Shown here piece after piece: positions 8,057 to 18,163 of a stretch of DNA of 38,894 nucleotides; positions within the stretch are counted from its first letter, which is position 1, and each line of letters begins with the position of its first letter. The translations under genes and the position numbers were made by a program. Below the pieces are notes generated by a model, which made no database searches, had not been told where the DNA came from, and saw nothing but the letters and a program-made list of their open reading frames with translations. Origin of the DNA: Thermoplasmatales archaeon (lineage in GTDB: Archaea > Thermoplasmatota > Thermoplasmata > Thermoplasmatales > GCA-001856825); NCBI GenBank assembly GCA_014874235.1, contig JACWAC010000001.1, positions 1-38,894 of the forward strand, in the 5' to 3' direction.

Positions 8057-9493
8057 CTAAACAGGAGAAGAAGGCATTCTCGCCTTCGCTTCGTTGATCA
8101 TTGAGACTACCGTCCTCTTGAACTCTGGAAATTCCTTCGGTGACTTTGGATAGTTTGCGTATATTCCGTTGAACTCCTTCATTTTGTTGGTGGTCCATAC
8201 GAGGTCTTTGAATGCCCTGAGGGCTCCAACTCCCTTTACGAGCTTGCTGACTTTCTTTGTGAGTGATAGTTCAGGAATTCTTCCGTACGTTATTTCTACA
8301 GCTTCCTCGTAAGTGATGAAGCTCTTCATCCCGTAATCTATGTCCTTGTTGTTCATGGACTGAAGGAACGTCCTGAATATCTCCATCCCGGCCATGCTCT
8401 TACCGTACTGTTTTACATAGTCCACGTTGTAGTTCCAGAGCCCTTCCAGGCTGGCATCTCCAGTTTCCGCAGCGGTTGAAGCTGCCCTTCCCGCAAGCAC
8501 TCCACCTATCAGAGCTGGTCCGATACCTCCGGCGCTGAGGGGGTTTGCGGAGGCCATCGAATCCCCTGCACCTATGTATCCTGGATAGACCATTCCCTCC
8601 ATCTGTCTCCTGACGCTGACGCTCCAGTATCCCTCTCCATTCTTGCTGGAATTATCCAACTTATAGTCACTGAACAGGGGGTTCCACTTCACATATTTCT
8701 CTATGAGTGATTTCAGGTTGTCCGTTGCCCCGAACTTCTTGTTCCTGATCTCGAGGCTCCTGTGCTGGACTCCGAGTCCAACATTCACCCTTCCGCCCGT
8801 CTTGGGGAATACCCAGCCGTACCCTCCAGGAGCCATCTGCTGATTCAGATGGATGAGTGCGTTCTTCTTGTCGTAGTACTTCAGATCGCCGAAGGAGTCG
8901 TCCATCTTGTAGATGAATCTCCCCGTAAGTTCGAGGTCCTCATAATCTATCTCCTTGTCAATGTACTGGTTCTCCGGAAGCTTCCTCCTCAAGAGTGACG
9001 CTATTCCGAGAGCATCGATGGTCACCTTTCCTGTGATCCTTTCTTGCTCTCCCTTCTCGTTCTTTCCATAAACTCCCTTTACAATGTTATCCTCTAATAT
9101 CGGTCCCTCAATGCTGAATTTTCCCTTGAATTCCGCCCCGTTCTTCATTGCCTCATCAAACAGGGCCTTTCCAAATATTGGCCTTTCGAGGCTGTAGCCT
9201 TCTCCATCAAAGGGCAGTTTGTAACCCAGGTCCGGTGATAAGGCTACGACTCCGTCCACTTTTAATCCAAGGGCTTCGTCGCTGAACGTGTTTCCTAGAT
9301 TCTTTTGAACGAATGAAATGTGAGACCTGGCCACAGCATCACCGCAAACCCATCCCCAAACCGTCTTCTTTCCCGGTTCTTCTGCGGAGTTCCTGTCAAC
9401 CAGCAGCACTTTCTTCCCGAGCTTCCCCGCCATAGCTGCAGCTGTAGCCCCTGATACCCCGGCTCCTGCAACTATCACGTCGTAGTCCACCAT
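8057..9493 (-). CDS. geranylgeranyl reductase family flavoprotein (probably digeranylgeranylglycerophospholipid reductase)
   Basis: FAD fold DVIVAGAGVSGATAA, GGYGWVFPK (YxWxFP motif) and GDSMASANPLSAGGIGPAL. At 478 aa it is longer than the roughly 400 aa I recall as typical. Confidence 0.8.
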   Translation of the reverse strand: MVDYDVIVAGAGVSGATAAAMAGKLGKKVLLVDRNSAEEPGKKTVWGWVCGDAVARSHISFVQKNLGNTFSDEALGLKVDGVVALSPDLGYKLPFDGEGYSLERPIFGKALFDEAMKNGAEFKGKFSIEGPILEDNIVKGVYGKNEKGEQERITGKVTIDALGIASLLRRKLPENQYIDKEIDYEDLELTGRFIYKMDDSFGDLKYYDKKNALIHLNQQMAPGGYGWVFPKTGGRVNVGLGVQHRSLEIRNKKFGATDNLKSLIEKYVKWNPLFSDYKLDNSSKNGEGYWSVSVRRQMEGMVYPGYIGAGDSMASANPLSAGGIGPALIGGVLAGRAASTAAETGDASLEGLWNYNVDYVKQYGKSMAGMEIFRTFLQSMNNKDIDYGMKSFITYEEAVEITYGRIPELSLTKKVSKLVKGVGALRAFKDLVWTTNKMKEFNGIYANYPKSPKEFPEFKRTVVSMINEAKARMPSSPV

Positions 9494-9571
9494 GTTGGTG
9501 AAACATCACTTCCTATTAAAAAGGGATGGTAGCCCTTCACAGACAACCTCGCGGTGGATGCTAGGCCTGAA

Positions 9572-11317
9572 CTAGTACATGTAATTGTACTGTGGTGAGT
9601 TAGGAGGGATATAGAAAAGCACAACGACGTGATATGGAGCGTACTTGTCCTCCAGCACTATTCCCGCTGCCTGTGTCAGATTGAAGAATACAACTGTCAC
9701 CGACACCTCACTCTTCTTGGGTATCTCGAGGTACGTGCCAGTTCCAGATGTCACAAATGCTGTCGTTCCATTTATGTAAAAATTTGATGAGTCATTGAAT
9801 TTGTATATCTCGAGATAAGCTGTGGGTCCGATGTTTCTCAGAGTCAGCTGGTTGATGGTTTGGTCCGAATAGTATGGATTGTGGTTGTCTGCGGTCAGAT
9901 TTGTGTCCAGAGCAACAACCGTTATGTTCCTGACATATGAAGTCGGCTTGCTGTTGGTGGTCGTTTCGACGCCCACTGTGAAACTGTACTGCCCGAGTGA
10001 GGTGCCATTGTAGGGACTGACGGAGACCCTGAAACTGCTCTTTTCCAGGGGAGCCATGGTTTCGTTAAATGACGGAGTTGAATAGAATCCAGTGGGTGAC
10101 TTTATGGTCACGCTGAGAGGGATTGTGTAATTGTTGAGGTTGTCAACTGTGAGGACCATACTGTCGATATTGAACATAGGGTTGCCGTTAACGACAAAAT
10201 TGTTTCCGGCTGTCAAGTCAGAGGTCGCAATGTTTGGCGCTACGTGTTCTGCGAAGGGGACGGGAGAGAAGCTTATTGCCACCAGGGCGATTGCGACGAT
10301 CCCCACCACGATTTCCTTCTTCCCCGGTTTAGATATGTCGTTGAGAGGTGGAGGGTGAGAGAGCCCGAGCACTATGATGATTATCGCAAACAGTATCCAG
10401 GAGACGTAGTATATGCCCAGTATGACCAAGATGACTATGAATGCGTAGCTGAGATATTTCGCGTTCTTTCCGAGCAGTCCTCTTGCGACGTGACCTCCGT
10501 CCAGCTGTCCGATAGGGAAAAGATTGATTGCTGTGACAAGGAATCCGACCCAGGCCGCGAATGCTACGGGATGGACGCTGTGGGACATCTGGATTGCGGG
10601 AAAAATGTAGTATATCACTGGCAGTGAGATGAGTGTTGTATCCTGGTAATTGGTCACTATGACTGGCTTCTGGACAGTTCCCAGGTAGGCACCTATTATT
10701 CCAATTATGATGCTCATCACGAAGCCAACGAGCGGACCAGCGGCACCAATCTTGATGAGAGTTTTCCTGTCAGGGAGCGGGTCCCTGAGAGATATCAGGG
10801 CACCAAGCGTGCCCAGCGGAGGGAAGGGAGCGGGAATAAAAAATGGGAGGGATGCCGCAACTCCATTCCTCTTGGCCATATAATAGTGGCCGAGCTCGTG
10901 AGAGGTCAGTATTATGAGTAGAGGGAGGGAGAAGAAAAGAAAACCGAAGAAATACGCGGAGACCGTCTTGCCTATCCCGAAATAACCCGAATACAGTATC
11001 TCTCCGACCCACGTTGTAGATGCAATAGTCGCTACCAATAAGACTATGTTCACCCAGATTCCGAACGGTTGGGTCTTTCTACGCTTTATGATGGAAATGA
11101 CGTAGTCCGATCCTGATTCATTCCTCTTCCCGATGACGGGTATGTACCCCACACCCTTCAGATCAATGACCAGTTTCTTGAAGTCACCCTCAAGATTAGG
11201 ATCGACCAACGTATAGAACTCATAGACTCCTTCCTGGACTTTGACCTCGCCTGTGATAGCAAAATACTTTCGTACCGCAGAGCGAATCGTTACTAGTTCA
11301 TCTGCTGTGATACGCAA
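9572..11317 (-). CDS. M50 site-2 protease family membrane metalloprotease with a large C-terminal extracytoplasmic domain
   Basis: HELGHYYMAKRNG (HExxH) and NLFPIGQLDGGHV (NxxPxxxLDG) within a polytopic region. The last 210 aa or so are beta-rich and carry 8 N-x-S/T sequons. It overlaps the alaS 3' end by 20 nt. Confidence 0.8.
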   Translation of the reverse strand: MRITADELVTIRSAVRKYFAITGEVKVQEGVYEFYTLVDPNLEGDFKKLVIDLKGVGYIPVIGKRNESGSDYVISIIKRRKTQPFGIWVNIVLLVATIASTTWVGEILYSGYFGIGKTVSAYFFGFLFFSLPLLIILTSHELGHYYMAKRNGVAASLPFFIPAPFPPLGTLGALISLRDPLPDRKTLIKIGAAGPLVGFVMSIIIGIIGAYLGTVQKPVIVTNYQDTTLISLPVIYYIFPAIQMSHSVHPVAFAAWVGFLVTAINLFPIGQLDGGHVARGLLGKNAKYLSYAFIVILVILGIYYVSWILFAIIIIVLGLSHPPPLNDISKPGKKEIVVGIVAIALVAISFSPVPFAEHVAPNIATSDLTAGNNFVVNGNPMFNIDSMVLTVDNLNNYTIPLSVTIKSPTGFYSTPSFNETMAPLEKSSFRVSVSPYNGTSLGQYSFTVGVETTTNSKPTSYVRNITVVALDTNLTADNHNPYYSDQTINQLTLRNIGPTAYLEIYKFNDSSNFYINGTTAFVTSGTGTYLEIPKKSEVSVTVVFFNLTQAAGIVLEDKYAPYHVVVLFYIPPNSPQYNYMY

Positions 11318-13883
11318 TCGCCTCTTCTACCTCTTTCCTACCGAGATTTTGCTTTAATACTTTTCCCTGGGCGTATGTGTTATTTCCCCCCCCTTTGACA
11401 AATCCCTTCTTCTCGAGAATGTGCATGATGTCCAGTGCAGAAACATCGGGGGAAGAGGAGACTACTCTCAGCCTTTCTTTAGAAATTACGATGCCCATTG
11501 ATGACGATAGGCTCTTGGAGACGGACTCCGCAATGGACTCGTTCACTTCCATTATCCTCAGTTCTTTGTCCCCGTACTTGATCCTGGAATAATCGAAACC
11601 GGATTCAATCGCCTTCCTTGTCTCCTCCAGTGTGTGACTCAAGTTTTCAAAAGTCCTTACGGGGTCTTCACCCAGTTTCTCCCTTATCCTGTTCAGTTGA
11701 CTGACGTGACTGTCTGAATACTCCACTGCAGATCTTCCAGCTGCGAAGTTGAATCTCATTATGCCGTCCTGGATCCTCTCGACCCTCACTACCTTGATGT
11801 AACCTACCTCCCCTGTGGAATCGAGATGAGTACCTCCGCAACCTTCTGCATCTATGCCGGGTATCTCTACCAGCCTGAGCATATTACCCTCGGGTATCCC
11901 TCCCTGGTAGAGCGTGAATCCGAAATTGCTCTCCGCTTCGTTCCTGTTGACGAACTCCTTGTGAAGTGGAAGGTTCATCCTGATGATCTCGTTGGCTCTC
12001 TCTTCTATCCTGGATATCTCTTCCTGGGAGACATCCCTGAAGTGGGTGACGTCCAGTCTGCTAACCTTCTCGTCCTTTTGTGCCCCGGCCTGCCATATGT
12101 GCGGACCAAGGATGTCCCTGATGGACGATAGCAATATGTGGGTGGCGGTGTGGTTCTGCATCAGCCTCTTTCTCCTGTCCTCCACCACTCTTCCGTGGAC
12201 GGCATCCCCTATCGAAAGGCCCTGCACATCGTCCACCTCGTGGACGATCGTACCATCCACGGACTTCACTCCCCTGACATCCACCTTCTTATCTGCAACC
12301 ATGAGAAACCCACGATCGGAGGGCTGTCCTCCCCCCTCCGGATAGAAATACGTGTTTTCGAGGATAACCGTCCCATCCTCCACGCCAACAATCTTGCTGT
12401 TGAACTCTAGTATCCGTTCGTTCTCGTAATAGGACCTTCCCGTTTGAGGGTATCTTTTCTTGAGAACTCGTTCTTTCTCCTTGGGTTCCCTTCGAATGTT
12501 GGAAAATCCCTTTGTCTTCTCCAGTTTTTCCGGGAATCTTATTCCTAGCGCTTCGCACCTCTCTCTCACATACTCTATCGGCAAACCATTCGACTCGAAG
12601 AGCAGTAGAACGTCGTTCGCACTGATCGCACCTGCCTTCGCGTACTTCTTGATCATTCCATCTCCCTTCCCCAGGAGCTCATCAAATCTCTCCACTTCCA
12701 GCTTTACTATCTCCCTCGCAGATCCTTCCAGTTTCACGTCGAGTATGTCCTTGAATCTCTCCTTCTGCTGCTCGATCAGATCCCACAACTCTGTCTCCAT
12801 CTCCAGTTTCTTCCTGGCGAGCAAAGCTCTTCTTATCAACATCCTCAGTACATAACCGGCCTTCGAATTCGATGGGACGAGGCCGTCGTAGAGAAGAATC
12901 GCAATCGCCCTGGTGTGGTCCGCGAGGATGTAAATGTTTGACAGTCTGTCCAGGCTCGATCTTCCATCCTCACTCAGAGACTTGAGGAAATCCTTTTCGG
13001 AGCCATCCTCTCTTGCGTAAGCATCTATGAACTCCCGCAGGAAATCGGGCCGGCCCATCTTGATCTCGTTCATCAGCCCCTGCACCAACTGAGGGTAGAG
13101 GGCTTCATAGATCGTATCCGTCCCCTGTGACAACCAGGTCAACCGCTCTATTCCATATCCGGTATCAACAATCCTGTTTTCCATTTTCTTGTATCTGATT
13201 CCATCTATCTCCACATCTCCGTCTGTCGACTCCACCATGTCCATGAACACGAGCGTAGCCACCTCCAGACCCCTAACCATCACCTCGACGGACGAACCTC
13301 CGTTGCCCCCTCCTGCCCACGGTTTCTCCTTGAATATTATCTCCACCTTGTTGACTCCAAGATGCTCGAGGAACTTTACGGCCATTTCTACTGTCTTGTC
13401 TTTCCAGTATACCTCCTCTCCGGGAAAATTGAATGCCTTTGCGCCACCCATCTCGAATACGGAGAGATGCCTTCCCGTCTTCCCGACATTGTCGAGGTCG
13501 ACCGTCCGTATGCAGGGTTGTGAAATGACAAGCGGGTTCCCTGGCGGAGGTACCTTTCCCGATGTCACGTGGGGCTGGAAGTCGTATATGCTGGCGTTCA
13601 CTAGGTAGACGTCCTCCCTCCACCTGGCGACTATCGGGTATCGCTTGACCCTCTTGTGACCCAGTTGCTCGAAGAACGACAGGAACTCCTCCCTCATCTC
13701 CTGCAGGGTGTATTTCCTGGAGGTCGGAGGGTTGTCTATGAAAGAGTACGGATCGCAGGGGATCTCACCGCACGTTTCCCTCTTTACATCAAGTGTCCAG
13801 AACACCTTTCCACAGTGAGCGCAAATTTTCCTGTGATAACTTTTGTTTGTGAAATATCCTATTACCTCTTCTCGTTCTACCAC
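11298..13883 (-). CDS. alaS: alanine--tRNA ligase (archaeal type)
   Basis: 861 aa with the class II core, the editing-domain motifs HTATHIL and CGGTHL, and a Cys-rich archaeal N-terminus (CAHCGKVFW ... CGEIPC). Confidence 0.95.
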   Translation of the reverse strand: MVEREEVIGYFTNKSYHRKICAHCGKVFWTLDVKRETCGEIPCDPYSFIDNPPTSRKYTLQEMREEFLSFFEQLGHKRVKRYPIVARWREDVYLVNASIYDFQPHVTSGKVPPPGNPLVISQPCIRTVDLDNVGKTGRHLSVFEMGGAKAFNFPGEEVYWKDKTVEMAVKFLEHLGVNKVEIIFKEKPWAGGGNGGSSVEVMVRGLEVATLVFMDMVESTDGDVEIDGIRYKKMENRIVDTGYGIERLTWLSQGTDTIYEALYPQLVQGLMNEIKMGRPDFLREFIDAYAREDGSEKDFLKSLSEDGRSSLDRLSNIYILADHTRAIAILLYDGLVPSNSKAGYVLRMLIRRALLARKKLEMETELWDLIEQQKERFKDILDVKLEGSAREIVKLEVERFDELLGKGDGMIKKYAKAGAISANDVLLLFESNGLPIEYVRERCEALGIRFPEKLEKTKGFSNIRREPKEKERVLKKRYPQTGRSYYENERILEFNSKIVGVEDGTVILENTYFYPEGGGQPSDRGFLMVADKKVDVRGVKSVDGTIVHEVDDVQGLSIGDAVHGRVVEDRRKRLMQNHTATHILLSSIRDILGPHIWQAGAQKDEKVSRLDVTHFRDVSQEEISRIEERANEIIRMNLPLHKEFVNRNEAESNFGFTLYQGGIPEGNMLRLVEIPGIDAEGCGGTHLDSTGEVGYIKVVRVERIQDGIMRFNFAAGRSAVEYSDSHVSQLNRIREKLGEDPVRTFENLSHTLEETRKAIESGFDYSRIKYGDKELRIMEVNESIAESVSKSLSSSMGIVISKERLRVVSSSPDVSALDIMHILEKKGFVKGGGNNTYAQGKVLKQNLGRKEVEEAIAYHSR

Positions 13884-13929
13884 AAGACTGGAAGAATAAC
13901 TATTTTAAATTCTTTGTTCTGCTCAATTT

Positions 13930-14652
13930 GTGCTCATCACCATTTACAACGAGAGCGAACTCCATTCCTTCTCTGACAGGGCGGGTCTCCTTTATATAAG
14001 GGAACTCGGAAATGTCGACACCGGCAAGTTTTCCGTTTCATCTGAAGAAATCGAGATCGGATCGAGGAAGTTCAGGACAAGGAGATCCACTCTGAGCGAC
14101 GTTTCGTCGTCTATCGAGAGGGGTCCGCAGGTTGTCCTGCCAAAGGATGTCAGTCAGATCTGTTTTGATCTCGACTTACCCTTCTGTTCCAGACTGCTGG
14201 AGATCGGTGGAGGGTCCGGCGGGTTCTCTATCCTTGCTGCACTGATGTACAAGGTGAAGATAGTGAGCTACGAACTCGATGCAGGGTATTTTGAACTCCT
14301 CAGGAGGAACATCAGGAGATTCGAGGTTGACGACCTGATAGAGGCAAACAACAGGGATGGAAGGGAGGCAGATGCCAATGGATACGAGTGCGTTTTCATT
14401 GACAATCCCGAGCCCTGGAATTTCCTGGATGTGAAACTCACCGGAACGAAAAAAGTATCCTCGATCCTCCCAACCTACTCCCAGGCTGAGAGATTTTCGC
14501 GTTTCCTGTTAAAGAAGAATTTTTTAGTTAGCGTTCATGAACTCATAGATGTTCCTATCAAGCTGAGCGCGATGGGGATGAGACCCGAAACGTCGTTTCT
14601 GTATCATACTGGATTCATAGTTTCGGGGATGAGTGTGAATCTTAATGGATGA
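13930..14652 (+). CDS. trmI: tRNA (adenine-N1)-methyltransferase, TrmI/Trm61 family
   Basis: RGPQVVLPKDVSQI, the SAM motif LLEIGGGSGGFS and VFIDNPEPWNFLD. GTG start. The gene is divergent from alaS with only about 46 nt between them. Confidence 0.72.
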   Translation: MLITIYNESELHSFSDRAGLLYIRELGNVDTGKFSVSSEEIEIGSRKFRTRRSTLSDVSSSIERGPQVVLPKDVSQICFDLDLPFCSRLLEIGGGSGGFSILAALMYKVKIVSYELDAGYFELLRRNIRRFEVDDLIEANNRDGREADANGYECVFIDNPEPWNFLDVKLTGTKKVSSILPTYSQAERFSRFLLKKNFLVSVHELIDVPIKLSAMGMRPETSFLYHTGFIVSGMSVNLNG

Positions 14653-15583
14653 AGTCAAGAAGAAGGCACTGGAGAAACAGGGGTACAAGATAGTTGGAAA
14701 CCATTCCGGCGTCAAGCTGTGCCACTGGGTCAGGCAAGACCTATACTACAACAGGCCCTGTTACAAGAACACCTTTTATGGGATCGAGAGCCACAGGTGC
14801 GTGCAGATGACCCCTTCAGTTGACTGGTGCTCTGAGAACTGCACGTTCTGCTGGAGGTCGCAAGGGTGGGAGGGGGCAAAGATTCCGCAGGAGGATGAGG
14901 CCGTAGACATCCTCGAAGGGTCCATTCAGGCGCAAAAGTTGCTGCTGACGGGCTTCAAAGGGGACTCAAGGACAAACATGAAGAAGTGGTTGGATGCACA
15001 ACAACCAAAACACATGGCCATTTCACTGACCGGCGAACCCACCCTCTACGGGAAGCTGGACGATCTTCTCAGGGAAGCGAAAGACAGGCACATCTCCACC
15101 TTCGTCGTGACCAACGGAACGCAACCAGACGCACTCGAAAGACTGAAGGTCCTCCCGACACAACTGTACGTCACCGTTGCCGCCCCCAACAAGAAGCTGT
15201 TCAACGAAATCCTCAATCCGATCTACAGAGACTCCTGGGAGAGGTTGAACAGGACGCTTGAAATTCTCCCCTCTCTCAAGACCAGAACGGTGATAAGACA
15301 CACTCTTGTCAAGGATTTCAATCTGGGTTACGTGGAAGAGTACTACAGACTGGACAAGAAAGCAGACCCCGACTTCATAGAGAACAAGGGGTACGTTCAC
15401 GTCGGAGGCTCGAGGAACAGACTGACGATCAACAACATGCCCTCTCACGAAGAGATAAGGGACTTTTCGTTCAGGCTGAACGGATACCTGAATTACGACT
15501 TCGGAGGAGAACGGGAGGACTCCAGAATAGTACTCCTTAGCAAAGACAGAAGGGCGAACAAGATAGATTTCTCTGCGATATGA
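14645..15583 (+). CDS. taw1: 4-demethylwyosine synthase (radical SAM, Taw1/TYW1)
   Basis: Radical-SAM CSENCTFC (CxxxCxxC) plus upstream Cys residues (CHW ... CYK ... HRC). The overall pattern is TYW1-like. It overlaps trmI by 8 nt. Confidence 0.85.
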   Translation: MDEVKKKALEKQGYKIVGNHSGVKLCHWVRQDLYYNRPCYKNTFYGIESHRCVQMTPSVDWCSENCTFCWRSQGWEGAKIPQEDEAVDILEGSIQAQKLLLTGFKGDSRTNMKKWLDAQQPKHMAISLTGEPTLYGKLDDLLREAKDRHISTFVVTNGTQPDALERLKVLPTQLYVTVAAPNKKLFNEILNPIYRDSWERLNRTLEILPSLKTRTVIRHTLVKDFNLGYVEEYYRLDKKADPDFIENKGYVHVGGSRNRLTINNMPSHEEIRDFSFRLNGYLNYDFGGEREDSRIVLLSKDRRANKIDFSAI

Positions 15584-15642
15584 TCTGTGGAAAGGATGTC
15601 AATTAAAGAGATTAGTCAAATGCAATAATTTTAAACAACGCT

Positions 15643-15655
15643 AAAAATTTATATC
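15643..15655 (+). promoter_or_regulatory. TATA-like box AAAAATTTATATC upstream of complex II operon 1
   Basis: It lies about 26-38 nt upstream of the TTG start at 15681, which is consistent with a leaderless or short-leader transcript. Confidence 0.4.
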
Positions 15656-15680
15656 TCCTTAAACATGGACGAAAGGCCAG

Positions 15681-17414
15681 TTGAATTTGATGAGATATAT
15701 GAGTTCAAAGTTCATTGATCACGAAACAGATGTTCTTATAATAGGAGCGGGAGGGGCAGGCATGAGGGCCGCAATTTCAGCGTTCGACTCCGGTTCAAGA
15801 GTTACCATTCTTTCCAAGTCTCTTCTGGGGAAGGCCCACACGGTGATGGCGGAGGGTGGAATCGCAGCGGCGCTCGCGAATGTAGATTCCAAGGACAGCT
15901 GGGAAGTGCACTTTGCAGACACGATCGAAGAGGGCGTATACATCTCAAACTACAGGATGGCAGAACTGCTTGCCAGGGAAGCACCGGAAAGGGTGAGAGA
16001 ACTCGAGGAATACGGCGCACTTTTCGATAGGACTCCTGAGGGTACGATCATGCAGAGGGCCTTTGGCGCCCATACCTACAGAAGGCTCTGTCACGTCGGC
16101 GACAGGACGGGCCTGGAGATCATCAGGACGCTTGAGGATCAGATATTACACAGGGACATAAAATTCTTTGACGAACTATACGTCACCAAGCTTCTGAAGG
16201 AAGGAAACAGGGTGGTTGGTGCGATTGGTCTCAAGTTGAACACAGGTGATTTTTATGTTTTCAATTCAAAGACTGTTGTCGTTTCCACGGGAGGATGCGG
16301 CAGAATATACAAGGTCACATCCAACTCATGGGAGTCAACAGGGGACGGACTCGGACTTGCCTACGAGGCAGGGGCCGAACTGATGGACATGGAGATGATC
16401 CAGTTCCATCCGACAGGAATGGTATTTCCTCCCGGAGTCAAGGGATTGCTCGTGACAGAAGGCGTGAGGGGAGAGGGTGGAATTCTTTTAAATTCCCAGG
16501 GAGAAAGGTTTATGGAGCGATATTCGCCCAAGAAGATGGAGCTCGATGCAAGAGACATAGTTGCAAGGGCGAACTATGCGGAAATAATGGCAGGTAGAGC
16601 CACTCCTCATGGTGGCGTCTATCTGGATATAACCCACAAGGGCGCTGATTTCATCAAGAGGAAACTGCCAAGCATGTACAAGCAGTACATGGACTTCGCA
16701 GGAGTTGACATCACAAAGGAAAAGATGGAGGTGGCTCCGACCGTCCACTACCAGATGGGAGGGATTCAAGTGGACCCCGAGACAACAGCAACCAATGTCC
16801 CTGGATTGTTTGCCTCTGGAGAAGTTGCGAGCGGACTGCATGGAGCAAACAGACTGGGGGGAAATTCTCTCGCCGACATACTGGTGTTTGGAAAGAGAAG
16901 TGGAGATGGAGCATCAGCTTACGCAAAAAGCGTTTCGATGGGAAAGATAGATGAGGCTGAGGTTTCAAGAGAGATCGAAAGAGTGGAGTCGTTGGTTGGC
17001 AAGGAAGGAATAAATCCGCACAGCATAGCATCAAAACTGGAAGATGCTATGAGTGAACTCGTAGGAATAATCAGGAATGAGGAGAATCTCAGTAAAGCCT
17101 TAGGCATAATCCTAGAACTGAAAGATACTTCAAAGAAATCAGCCGTCCAGGGATCGCTGAAGTACAACAAGGGTCTCCTCCAGGTCCTCGAGCTGCAGTC
17201 AATGCTGACGGCAGCGGAGGCAATAGTCAAGGGCGCGATCGAAAGGAAGGAGAGCAGGGGAGCTCACGCTAGGAGCGACTACCCCAAGAAGAATCCAGAC
17301 ATGAGAAAGAACATAATTTACAAGAAGGGAGAGAATGGAATGAAGATCGAGTGGAGAGAGGTGCCTGCCATGCCGGAAGAACTGAAGAAACTCGTCAATC
17401 CGGAGGAATACTGA
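15681..17414 (+). CDS. sdhA: succinate dehydrogenase/fumarate reductase flavoprotein subunit (copy 1)
   Basis: DVLIIGAGGAGMRAA, HTVMAEGG, QFHPTG, RGEGG, HYQMGG and RESRGAH motifs. Alternative ATG starts are at 15690 and 15699. Confidence 0.9.
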   Translation: MNLMRYMSSKFIDHETDVLIIGAGGAGMRAAISAFDSGSRVTILSKSLLGKAHTVMAEGGIAAALANVDSKDSWEVHFADTIEEGVYISNYRMAELLAREAPERVRELEEYGALFDRTPEGTIMQRAFGAHTYRRLCHVGDRTGLEIIRTLEDQILHRDIKFFDELYVTKLLKEGNRVVGAIGLKLNTGDFYVFNSKTVVVSTGGCGRIYKVTSNSWESTGDGLGLAYEAGAELMDMEMIQFHPTGMVFPPGVKGLLVTEGVRGEGGILLNSQGERFMERYSPKKMELDARDIVARANYAEIMAGRATPHGGVYLDITHKGADFIKRKLPSMYKQYMDFAGVDITKEKMEVAPTVHYQMGGIQVDPETTATNVPGLFASGEVASGLHGANRLGGNSLADILVFGKRSGDGASAYAKSVSMGKIDEAEVSREIERVESLVGKEGINPHSIASKLEDAMSELVGIIRNEENLSKALGIILELKDTSKKSAVQGSLKYNKGLLQVLELQSMLTAAEAIVKGAIERKESRGAHARSDYPKKNPDMRKNIIYKKGENGMKIEWREVPAMPEELKKLVNPEEY

Positions 17415-18163
17415 TGGATACGATCACCGTGAGTGTTTACAGACGTGACCCTTCCCTTGAAAAGGAGGGGAAATTCGTGGACTATGAAGTTCCGAGAGAG
17501 GAGGGAATGGTTGTTCTGGATGCAATGAAATACATTGAGAAACACATCGATCCGAGCCTCTCGCTGAGATGGAACTGCATGGCTGGAAAGTGCGGTTCCT
17601 GTTCTGCCGAAATAAATTACAAACCTTCACTGATGTGCAAGGCAAGGATCGACTCTTTAAAGAGCGGAAAGATCAGGGTTTCACCGATCGCAGCCTATCC
17701 ACTGATAAAGGACCTAGTTACGGACGTTTCTGAGAACTGGGCCCTGTTGAAAAGAATTCCAAAATTCACCCCCAGAGAGGGACTGGAGAAACCGTGGAGA
17801 ATTTCACAGGTCGACATAGAACGATCAAAGGAATTCAAGAAGTGCATTGAGTGTTTTCTCTGCCAGGACGTCTGCCACGTCATCAGAGAACACAACTCGG
17901 ATTATTTCGGCCCGAGACACGTCGTCAAGGCCGCATCGCTTGACATGCATCCGCTGGATGCGATCGACAGATCGGAATTCATGAACAAGGATGCTGGACT
18001 CGGCTACTGCAACATTACGAAGTGCTGTACCGAAGTCTGTCCGGAGGAAATTCATATAACCGACAATGCAATAATTCCAGAGAAAGAGAGAGCGGTGAAC
18101 TTATCGTATGACCCGCTGGCGATGCTCGTAAGGTCTAGAAGGAACAAGGGTGGTAAGAAATGA
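17414..18163 (+). CDS. sdhB: succinate dehydrogenase/fumarate reductase iron-sulfur subunit (copy 1)
   Basis: 2Fe-2S CMAGKCGSC...C, 4Fe-4S CIECFLCQDVC and a third cluster CNITKCCTEVCP. The ATG at 17414 overlaps the sdhA stop (ATGA). The upstream part of the tracked ORF (17351-17413) lies inside sdhA and is not counted. Confidence 0.9.
   Translation: MDTITVSVYRRDPSLEKEGKFVDYEVPREEGMVVLDAMKYIEKHIDPSLSLRWNCMAGKCGSCSAEINYKPSLMCKARIDSLKSGKIRVSPIAAYPLIKDLVTDVSENWALLKRIPKFTPREGLEKPWRISQVDIERSKEFKKCIECFLCQDVCHVIREHNSDYFGPRHVVKAASLDMHPLDAIDRSEFMNKDAGLGYCNITKCCTEVCPEEIHITDNAIIPEKERAVNLSYDPLAMLVRSRRNKGGKK

Noticed and set aside
17351-17413. N-terminal extension of the tracked SdhB1 ORF. The same applies to 23360-23437 for NuoC and 23841-23894 for NuoD.
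   Set aside because: The extensions lie inside the preceding genes and are not homologous to the respective families. Start codons at the stop-start junctions (ATGA, TTGA, TGAgATG) give canonical N-termini.
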